Source: a virus
IMG/VR virus record: IMGVR_UViG_3300028840_004184
Coordinates: 96,001-160,000 of that record
Direction: 5' to 3' (one strand)
Length of the DNA: 64,000 nucleotides
Shown: positions 20,495-29,170 of the stretch, piece after piece
Layout: each line of letters starts with the position of its first letter
Position numbering within the stretch: the first letter of the stretch is position 1
Notes under the pieces: generated by a model
What the model was told of the DNA's origin: nothing
The model's input: the letters and a program-made list of their open reading frames with translations, nothing else
Databases searched by the model: none
Program-made: the position numbers and the translations under genes

Positions 20495-23060
20495 ATGGCG
20501 AAAAAAGGAAAGGCTAGCAACAAAACGGAAATGCTTTGCAATGAATGTAACCATACTTTCAAACGTGTTATAGGTAAAAATACGTTTGAGGTTAGATGCC
20601 CTAAATGTAAAGGGTATGATACGGAACCAAGCGGTTACATATTGGTTGTGAATCCTTTACGTACCAACACAAGAGGATAACATGGAAAAGACTAAACTCA
20701 TTTTGTTACAAGAGGATATATCCTCTAGGTTAAGGCTCTTAAAAAGGTTTAACGGAAATCCTGATAGAATCAAAGAGTTATCCGAAAAAAACAAAGCCTT
20801 ATCGGATCAAATCAAACGTAAAGCCTAGCAACACAAAAATTTAGCCCCTAAAAAAATTTTTAGGGGCTAAATTATTTTATCCTTCATTTTACCCGTTTAT
20901 CGGTCGATAATATATATTAGTCAAGGAAAATTAACAAAAGGGGTTAAAAATGAAACACTTAATCGATAAAGCAAAACTTTACAGTACTATCCCGGTTATC
21001 GCAATAGTTATTTATATTTTTGCGAGAATAGCAATAACCCTTAGTACTGTAACCCGATAAAGGGGTTATCATAAATGATGATTATCGAAGCTAAAATGCT
21101 AGTCTTGTCTAGCATTTTAGACGAAAACGTTTATCAGACTAGTGTTATATCATCATTAATTAATGATGAAACGCATATTAAACTTTTAGATATTTTTGAA
21201 AAACTACAAGATACATATGGATTAGAAAAATCCATTAACTTTTTCCGTAAATATAGGGGAGAAAAGCCTTTAGATTTTTAAGGGGTTAAAATGGCGAAAA
21301 TTCCGGATATGTCAAAATGGCCTAGTTTTCACGTTCCTATGAATCATCATAAAACTAGTGGAATAAAACCTTTAACCCCTAGACAAGAAAAACTTTTGCA
21401 ACTAGTTAGAATGTACCGAAAAGCAAAATCTAAAAACGTTAAATCAAGAATATTAGACAAGATACATCAGATTGAATTAAACCCCTTAAGAGATTAAGGG
21501 GCTTTTGTCATTATTGATTGAACATTGACAAATGATTTTCCTAATAAGGGGCTTTGTATGCTCAAAAATGACCGAAAAAGACGATTCAGGCGAAAAGCCT
21601 TCAATACCCTTATCAAGCTTAAGAATAGGCTTAAAGGGGTTATCAGGGGCTTTTGTGAAGGTTTATTTGATCAAGATGAAAGGGGTTATTTCATCAAATA
21701 AGGGGTTTCAAAAATGGGAATAGTTATGAAAACATTTTGTACATCTAACAAAAAATCATTTCTTGGAAGAATAGAAAGATTATCCCTTGAACTAGAAAAC
21801 CATTTCAAGAGGATAACCGTTATTCCAGATAAAAAGACTAGGATCAAGAAAAGGGATGAAATCAATTTTTTGACGGATTTTCTATATCGGGATATGAAAT
21901 ATAATCCTCTTGAAAATCACTAGCGAAAACTGTACCAAACAAATAGAAAACCCGGATTTATCCGGGTTTTTTATTTTTTATATTGTTAATTATTGGTATA
22001 CCTTTTGCTATGCCCTAATCTATACCCTAAAATCTGGGATTCGTTTTGATACATGATTTTGATACGTTATTAGAGCCCCATATTTAGCCCCTATCGCATA
22101 TTAACACCTAGGACGTATCTTAACCCTATTTTCTGGAGAATTCAATTTATACCTAATAAACCCCTAACAAAAAAAGAAAATAAATTTATTTTGTTTTTGA
22201 TTTTTTATTTAGGTTAGGTATACTTAATAGACGATATAAAGGAATGAAGGGAAAAAGAAAATGAATAGATTATCAGATGAAATTATTTTACGTGATAATG
22301 ATCATTTTGAAGGGGAAATAATAAGGTATCCGATTGATTTCATGTTTGAAAACTTTGGACCTTATGAAACCCTTGACGGAAAAACGGTACCGATACAACA
22401 ATATCGTTTTTATATGAATGTAGGTTGTACCGGTAACAAATGGCAAGCTTGCTATATTTGGGATATTAACTCTAGGCAATGGACATTAGGGGCTAATTAG
22501 ACAATCGATAGGAATAGGGGAGAATAGGGTTATAAAAGGAACTAGAAAGCCTTTGAATCCTGATAATTTCTAAGATCCTATTCCTAGTTTTTTATAAAAG
22601 GGGTTTTTGTGTTACGTCCTATCGAAGCAAAATTATTGATTCTCTATTGTATTATGTCTTTCGATGTTTTGCCTAATTTTACATCAAATCATTTTACTTT
22701 AGTCAATAATAGATTTGCCTTATTGGAATCGGAATATAATAAACCGGTTGATGATTATCACACCGATAGATTAATCGATAAATATGCTGCCTATTATGAA
22801 TATCCCGATTTGTTTGAAATAGGGGTAGAATACGATAGATTCGGGAATAGATGGTATACAGGAAAAGAGGATAAATAATGGTATACTTTAGAGAATTGAA
22901 AGGCGAAAAGCCTATTGAATATGATAATCAAAGATGGTTATATGTTCATGATATTAAAGAAGGAAAAAACACATATTTGCATCTAAACTGCGATTGTCAA
23001 GTTGATGAAGAGGGATATTGTCTTTTATGCGGTTGTCCTAGTCCAATAGTGATTAAATAA
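20495..23060 (+). CDS. Small AT-rich hypothetical ORFs (20495-20680 Zn ribbon, 21075-21281, 21291-21497, 21714-21923, 22261-22500, 22609-22878, 22878-23060)
   Basis: AAGG(G/A)G-type RBSs; 21075 and 22609 share an IEAK-x-L-x-L N-terminus. Confidence 0.55.
21947..21975 (+). terminator. Intrinsic terminator
   Basis: AAAACCCGGA-TTTA-TCCGGGTTTT followed by T-rich sequence. Confidence 0.8.
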
Positions 23061-23090
23061 AAAATACTCCTTTTCCCATTTCCTGATTTT

Positions 23091-23123
23091 AGCCCCTGGA
23101 TTAAATCCAGGGGCTTTTTTTAT
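23091..23123 (+). terminator. Intrinsic terminator ending the + strand block
   Basis: AGCCCCTGGA-TTAAA-TCCAGGGGCT followed by a T-run. Confidence 0.85.
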
Positions 23124-23198
23124 TGTCTAGTCATATCCTAATAATACCCTAGCAAAAAGCATACCAAACCACTAATAAAATTAAATTTATTTTTTGTC

Positions 23199-23460
23199 TT
23201 GACGTATTCCAATGCGTCAAGATGTTACCATATGGTAACGGTCATTTTGACATGTCAACCTGCCAGCTTGGCAGGGTACCCGGTTTTTTAATTTCCTGCC
23301 ATTTTGACACTGCCATTTTGGCAGCCGGGGGGGCCATCTATCAACGCCCCGCCTCGGCGTGAGCCGAGTTGCTCACCCAAGTTGTCAAAAATCGATGACC
23401 CCCCGGTTCAAAAAAGTTGCTCACCTAAGGGGGACACCCCCTTAAAACCCCCGGCTTCTT
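23199..23460. repeat. Palindrome cluster and G/C-run region where the two transcription blocks converge
   Basis: TTGACG-N10-CGTCAA, GTTACCATATGGTAAC, TTGACATGTCAA, CTGCCAGCTTGGCAG, CTGCCATTTTGGCAG, CCGGGGGGG, direct repeat AGTTGCTCACC x2. Confidence 0.65.
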
Positions 23461-23470
23461 AACTACACAT

Positions 23471-24898
23471 TCATGTATTTTGTGCAGACTCACAATAGCA
23501 TGGTCTGTGTGCTATATCTGCAATATCACCACACCTCATATGTAATGCTTTAATTTCTTCGTATATCGAATCCAGTATAGCAAGTATATCACCAGCAGGG
23601 ACGTTCTCACTTTTATGGTTGTTTAACCATACTGCCCAGCAGTGTACACAGTTTGTTTTTCGTAACGGCTTCCTGACACCTTTATATTTGGTGTGTTTAG
23701 GGCATTCCATTATTATTTCCTTTCAGTTAACCTATCCCAAATGATATAATTTGTTTCAAAACCCCCGGCTTGGGTGTGGTTTTGTAACAATGGGAAGCTT
23801 TATCCCACTTATACCACGTTTCATATTCTGGAAGCGGGGGGAGGGCGTATGTCCCTTCGGGGACTTTTTCAACAACAGCGAAGCTATAATATCCACCATC
23901 ATTGATATCAAGATCATTTCGTATAACCATTTTTTCGGCTATACTCTTTTCAGAATACCAGCCAACCAACCTGCTGCGTTTGATGGGATAACTACCATCA
24001 CTCAATTCGATCATGGTGATCGTGTAGATATATTTAGTGGTCATATTTAAGACTTTCTCTTCTCTGATGGCATCGCTGTGCGTTCGTGACCCAATTGCCC
24101 ACTTCCTTTCTTTTGTTAAGGAGTAATATCGGTATCACCGGTATATTCCTTATACGCATCATCAATTTGTTGCTTAGTAATACCCTTATCACATGATTCA
24201 CATCTGATAAAAACAAGCTGTTGTTTTTCAAAAGCCTGGATATTAATTATCGGTATAGGTTGATTACAATGTGGACAATATAAAGTTGATAAATTAGAAT
24301 CGTCACGGACCATTATAAATGAAGCCTTTCTGTTTCACCGCTCATAAAACCATCTCTTCTAAAAGCACCCTTCTACTGGTTGCATAAAAAAGAAACTATT
24401 AAACCAATCTACAACATCCAAGGCCCTTATAAGCCTATCTTCGAAAATCATACTTGTCTTTTAAGCCACCCAATACATCTACGACACTCGACCCAACTAT
24501 ACACAATATCATAAGCACACCATTGGTATACTGCCCTTTTAGACATATGAGTACCACAAGCGGGTTTACCATCTTGTACGATGTGAACCTTCCCGCCATT
24601 CCTGCCCGGAATACCAAAGTATCCTGTTTCGTAATTACCTTTGTCTTTCAAAATATATATCCAAAGTATAAGTCAATACACCATATGGAATCTTAGTTCC
24701 ATTTACCTTATGAAAACCGTCTACCTTAGACGTGTCTCTCCATCTACTATTTATAAAGTGATTCAAATATTTATCGTTATCACCCAACGTGTCTTTTATA
24801 GCCCTCCATGCCAATTGGTCCCAATCTAGTTGGGTGAGAACCCCATAATTTTCAGGATGCTTCCGGTATTTTTTCAGTACTATGGTTATTTTTTTCAT
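23471..24898 (-). CDS. Small hypothetical ORFs (23471-23710, 23727-24044, 24116-24313, 24448-24651, 24635-24898)
   Basis: Co-directional; several carry CxxC pairs. Confidence 0.55.
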
Positions 24899-25368
24899 CT
24901 AAGTTGTCCATTGATCATTTTTTCCCAAAACTCATGAATAACTTTTAGTTCACTCTTTGTGAATCTTATTTCAGCGGTAGAACTCGTTTTTGTAAACACG
25001 GCTCCCCATTGAGGGGCTGCTTTGCTATTTATTATACACAACCCATCTTGACTATAGTTACTATCCCAGACTGGTACCTGAATAGCATTGTTATGATCAA
25101 AAAAGAGCCATCTTTGTTTTACTATCTTTTCAATATCACTTCTACGAAAGAACCATTCTATTGTACTATTTAACACACTAACCCTGAAAAACGTATTTTC
25201 CGAACGATACGAAAAGAGAACACCATTTACATCGATGACGGTATTAGATGCGGAAGATATTTTATCATTAGAAGAACATTTTTCACAGACACAACTTGTC
25301 AGCAAGGGAATCATTTTATTTCCGCAAACTGGACATATCTTTTCACATTTAGTTCGCCTTGTTACCAC
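24895..25368 (-). CDS. LLTS zinc-ribbon-tag family protein 3
   Basis: ICPVCGNKMIPLLTSCVCEKC; GTG start at 25368 after AAGGAG. Confidence 0.7.
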   Translation of the reverse strand: MVTRRTKCEKICPVCGNKMIPLLTSCVCEKCSSNDKISSASNTVIDVNGVLFSYRSENTFFRVSVLNSTIEWFFRRSDIEKIVKQRWLFFDHNNAIQVPVWDSNYSQDGLCIINSKAAPQWGAVFTKTSSTAEIRFTKSELKVIHEFWEKMINGQLR

Positions 25369-25641
25369 GGAACACTCCTTAACAAAAAAATATAGCGGCA
25401 AAACAGATCACGCGGGGGTTCCAAAGGGGGTATCCCCCTTTTTAGTCGTTTGGATCTACCTCACTGACGCCCTCGCCCTTTACCTGATCTTTAATCCTCT
25501 CTACGAGAATATACCACCAGTCTTTTTGGCTTCTATCAGACAAGCTGTTTATAAATTTAAAACCCGCCTCCTCTATAGAATCATTTTCATAAGGACACAA
25601 AAAGCCTGCTTTGTGGCGAAGCCTATCTTTTTTCTTCTTTT

Positions 25642-26517
25642 TCAATTGGTTGTTCCATTTCCATCGAATAAAGTAAAAGGAGTTTCCTTACACTGAAAGC
25701 CAGATGCCCCCTTATGTCCGCCACCGCCGTGCTTTTTGGCGATATCCCCAACATTTACATCACCCTTCGTAGAATACATGGTCACAACCCAGTGTTTGCC
25801 ATTCTTGTTATAATAAACCATCATTGCATCATGTTTGTCGGGATCATACACAGAGTCGAACAACTTGGACCCAGGCATACAGGCGTTCGCCGCTATGAAA
25901 CGAAGGCCCTCAAATTCGAACTCATAACACAGTGGACCACACAAGAATTCGTTTTGTTTATTAACATACTTTTGAATTGTACGACCTTCACTGACAATAT
26001 CCATAACAAGCGTATAAGAAGGCAGCATTTTGTTACCATCAAACAATATATGCCACAAACGATCGTCATCTTCCGGATTCGTGTCTCGTTGCTTGATGCC
26101 ATACTGAAACGGCAGTACGTCCATGTCTTTATGATCCCAAACGTCATACCTACCCAACAGAAAGACAGAGCGAGGCATTACTTGGTTAGGGAACAGATAT
26201 TGCCACGTAAGTTCACATGCCGCGAATTTCGTATCACGTATACCGGCTATAGCAATTTCGAATGCATTGACGCCGTTTATAGCTGTTTCGTGATGATCAA
26301 TCCAAACCAAGTCACAATGATTAAACAATGTGATCATATCTTCGTGTGGCTGCAAGGAAAAATCGACCATAAAGACAATTTCGCCTTCTGTAATAGAATC
26401 CCACGGAAATTCTTCTCCGTAATCCATGCCGATCATTTCGCATTCTGGATATTTATGTTTGACAATTGCACCAGCACAGTGGCCGTCAAGGTCTGTTGAA
26501 TGATAAAAACATTTCAT
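25642..26517 (-). CDS. DHH/DHHA1 phosphoesterase
   Basis: HSTDLDG, MVDFS, WIDHHET, GGGGHKGASG. Confidence 0.92.
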   Translation of the reverse strand: MKCFYHSTDLDGHCAGAIVKHKYPECEMIGMDYGEEFPWDSITEGEIVFMVDFSLQPHEDMITLFNHCDLVWIDHHETAINGVNAFEIAIAGIRDTKFAACELTWQYLFPNQVMPRSVFLLGRYDVWDHKDMDVLPFQYGIKQRDTNPEDDDRLWHILFDGNKMLPSYTLVMDIVSEGRTIQKYVNKQNEFLCGPLCYEFEFEGLRFIAANACMPGSKLFDSVYDPDKHDAMMVYYNKNGKHWVVTMYSTKGDVNVGDIAKKHGGGGHKGASGFQCKETPFTLFDGNGTTN

Positions 26518-26536
26518 TGCTCAGTCGCCGCAAGGC

Positions 26537-26974
26537 TTAGTTGCAGCCTCCATTTTCTAACACAATTTTTCTTATAAAATTACCTATACGTTTAACGCCA
26601 TTGTTTTTAATAACTATAGAGTCTTTAAAAAGACGAACCCCTACGTCTGGCATCACTATCTTGCTAGCAATCGTTAATTTGCCAAACAGTATGGTAAAAT
26701 ATATCTCTCCAACACGCAATTTAGATGATGAAACTTCACTTAATAAAAAATCAGCTATTCTTGTTGCTTCTTTTTTAGAAAAATATACCCCTCTGGTATT
26801 TAGCATATCACATGACAATACCAATACATAATCTTCATGATCAGAATGTGACCATCGAGCATCATCAGTTATAATAGTTTTATCTGATGAGGTTGCTTTT
26901 TTATCGCATTCTTTGGAACAGTAAAACGAAGTTAGTAACAAAAGCATGTCTGCTCCGCATACAGGGCATTTCAT
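26537..26974 (-). CDS. LLTS zinc-ribbon-tag family protein 4
   Basis: MKCPVCGADMLLLLTSFYCSKEC. Confidence 0.7.
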   Translation of the reverse strand: MKCPVCGADMLLLLTSFYCSKECDKKATSSDKTIITDDARWSHSDHEDYVLVLSCDMLNTRGVYFSKKEATRIADFLLSEVSSSKLRVGEIYFTILFGKLTIASKIVMPDVGVRLFKDSIVIKNNGVKRIGNFIRKIVLENGGCN

Positions 26975-27706
26975 TTATTTTTTCCTCAGGGAGATAAGGA
27001 AATCATAGATTTCCTTTATGTCTTGCATCGCGAATGTATAAAAACTGTTTCTTTTTTTGCGACCGAAAGCATCTGGGGCTGTATATTTTACCTCAAGACT
27101 GGCTTCGGATTTATGGTGTTTCGAGACTGGACGATAATTAAAAGAGACATTTTTATATCCACATTGGCTTAGAAGAGTCCATTTATATAACTTTTCGTTA
27201 GAAAGAATATATTCCAGGTTTTCGGCTAGTACATGTGTATGGTTTTCACCGAATTCTAAAATATCCCTTAAGTCATGTCTAGAAATAGAAAGTTGACCAT
27301 CTCCGTATCTGAAACACACTTCGTTGTGTAGTATCAGTCGTTTATAGTTATGTGTACGACATTCTTGTTGTATAACATTTTTGTTGTCCGTTGGTGATGG
27401 CTCGACCAGGACTTCACTACGGCAGCTCATTTGATGATGACAAGCCGTGCAATTTAATAGACAATAGTCAAGACTACTCCAATTATTTTGTGAGCATAAC
27501 GAATTGTTTCTGTATAGAATGTCTTCGATGGCTGCTTTACGAGTTTCGATGGACTGATTCCATAAATGTCTTGCTAATGGTTCATCAACGGCTTTTGGCC
27601 CCTTGATACCACACTCACTACAGGTATAATTATTATGAAAACCCATTTCACGATTTAAAACGGCCAACCCACCACATAAACATTTGTCAAGGAAAGTCGC
27701 ATCCAT
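26975..27706 (-). CDS. Protein with N-terminal Lar (restriction alleviation)-like Zn domain
   Basis: CLCGG...CSECGIKGP...ARHLWN. Confidence 0.5.
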   Translation of the reverse strand: MDATFLDKCLCGGLAVLNREMGFHNNYTCSECGIKGPKAVDEPLARHLWNQSIETRKAAIEDILYRNNSLCSQNNWSSLDYCLLNCTACHHQMSCRSEVLVEPSPTDNKNVIQQECRTHNYKRLILHNEVCFRYGDGQLSISRHDLRDILEFGENHTHVLAENLEYILSNEKLYKWTLLSQCGYKNVSFNYRPVSKHHKSEASLEVKYTAPDAFGRKKRNSFYTFAMQDIKEIYDFLISLRKK

Positions 27707-28228
27707 TAGAATCCATCTCCTATTTTAAAACCACGGATATAATTATCGTCGTCGCCACATGGGTTATAGTCAGGATTGGGCTCTACTGGTCCATGTATAT
27801 GTTTTTTAATATGTATAGGGAAACATGGGATGATACAAATCCATATGTCTGTTGATATATGTCGTCTATGTTTTGGTGTCGCTCCTGGATGTGTTTGTCC
27901 AGTATAGTTATATGTTTTTTTCCAGTATACACCAATCCACATATCCCGTAGATTAAATTCCCATTTTACGCTTGTATTTTTCATGATTTTCCTTAAGTGC
28001 TTTATATGCTGGGTCATTAGTGTCAGCTTTGCCTAATGCCGACAGGATGTTAAGTTTTAGTACTTCTGGTATTCCTCGCCAATAACATATGTTGCCGCAA
28101 CCATCCTGACACTTAATATATTCTTCGCCATCCTCACCCTTGGAGAAGAACAAGGCATAATGCTTGCAAAAGGGACACTTTACTTTATCACCATGATCTG
28201 GTTTTAACATTATAGAAACCTTTTCCAT
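27706..28228 (-). CDS. Two hypothetical ORFs (27706-~27984, 27953-28228)
   Basis: RDMWIGVYW...CIIPCFPI; CPFC...CQDGCG. Confidence 0.5.
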
Positions 28229-28692
28229 ATATCGTGTTCGTTGTCAAGCTTGCTTTTAGTTCGCCGACCACGGATATTGTTGATAAGTTTGAATTCATTT
28301 GTTATACGATTTATCATAAGGCTATGTTTGCCTTTCATAAAAGCTTCTGATAGACCAGGCGGATCGGGCGGACACGACATCCAATTATTTATTCTTTCTT
28401 TTGTAGAATAACATATGGTCCATTCCGAGGTATCACTATTATTTATCATACCAAGCGGGAGGCCGTCTATATTAACAGATTTGGCATGTATAATAGAATA
28501 ACATTCGCCTATGTATTCCCAGTCTGAATCTTTTAATTCTATGCCATATGGCCTTTGTTGATACTGTGTTTTGAATATATTTCTATCCACATCGGGGGTT
28601 TTTGAGGGGGTCCCCTTAATGCATCCCTTGGGGCAATATGTCGAAGTCAGCAGCATTTCTAGCTCAGAACCACATACACTACACTTTTCCAT
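28210..28692 (-). CDS. LLTS zinc-ribbon-tag family protein 5
   Basis: MEKCSVCGSELEMLLTSTYCPKGC. Confidence 0.7.
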   Translation of the reverse strand: MEKCSVCGSELEMLLTSTYCPKGCIKGTPSKTPDVDRNIFKTQYQQRPYGIELKDSDWEYIGECYSIIHAKSVNIDGLPLGMINNSDTSEWTICYSTKERINNWMSCPPDPPGLSEAFMKGKHSLMINRITNEFKLINNIRGRRTKSKLDNEHDIWKRFL

Positions 28693-28877
28693 TGAAGTCT
28701 CCGAATATATTACTAAACATACCAGAAGTCATCATCGCTGCTTGAACTTTACGTATAAGGTCTTCAAGCCTTGCCCTGTGTGTAGGATCTCGTGTCACAC
28801 TAAATTCGATGCTAAGCTTCTCGTTAAACGTTTTTAATGTTTGTCTGATGTTCATATGGCTCCATAATGAAAAAAAT

Positions 28878-28976
28878 AGCGGAGATTGATGCATCTATAA
28901 CGGTGCTCTCTGCCATCAAGTGGCAGCAGCATTCCCGGCTTAATAGGCAATAGAAGGAAGATGCAATATAGCCGCT
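28878..28976 (-). ncRNA. Scaffold RNA copy A (Y-RNA-analogue candidate), followed by a U-tract
   Basis: AGCG GCUAU AUUGCA UCUUCCUUCUA-[53 nt]-UAGA UGCAUC AAUCUC CGCU AUUUUUUU. Confidence 0.75.
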
Positions 28977-28985
28977 CATATTAAC

Positions 28986-29041
28986 AGAGGTAATTATAAC
29001 ACCTAAATTTATCTTTAGAAGGAAGATGTTATATAGCCTCT
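28986..29041 (-). ncRNA. Scaffold RNA copy B
   Basis: AGAG GCUAU AUAACA UCUUCCUUCUA-[10 nt]-UAGG UGUUAU AAUUAC CUCU; a TATAAT -10 box lies just upstream (29052-29047). Confidence 0.75.
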
Positions 29042-29073
29042 TTTTTATTATATAAAGTAGCCTTTATATTTCA

Positions 29074-29147
29074 GGTCGGTCGGGGACAAGATTCGATACT
29101 TGTCATATCGGGGATCAGCCGCAGTTTATCTTAACCTACCCGCCGAG
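29074..29147 (-). ncRNA. Degenerate tRNA-like RNA (GAU loop)
   Basis: UCGGCGGG/CCCG-A-CCGA acceptor, GGUU/AACU D-arm, CGG-CUGAUCC-CCG arm, GACAAG-UAUCGAAU-CUUGUC T-arm. Confidence 0.6.
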
Positions 29148-29170
29148 TTTGTTTGTTATCAAGGATCATC

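Noticed and set aside
25714-26499. Long antisense ORFs (also 645-1112, 6637-7155, 36039-36554, 60552-61058 and similar)
   Set aside because: Shadow frames opposite well-supported genes; no RBS or motifs
29074-29147. Functional tRNA-Ile(GAU)
   Set aside because: 3-bp anticodon stem, bulged acceptor, no D-loop GG, 8-nt T-loop
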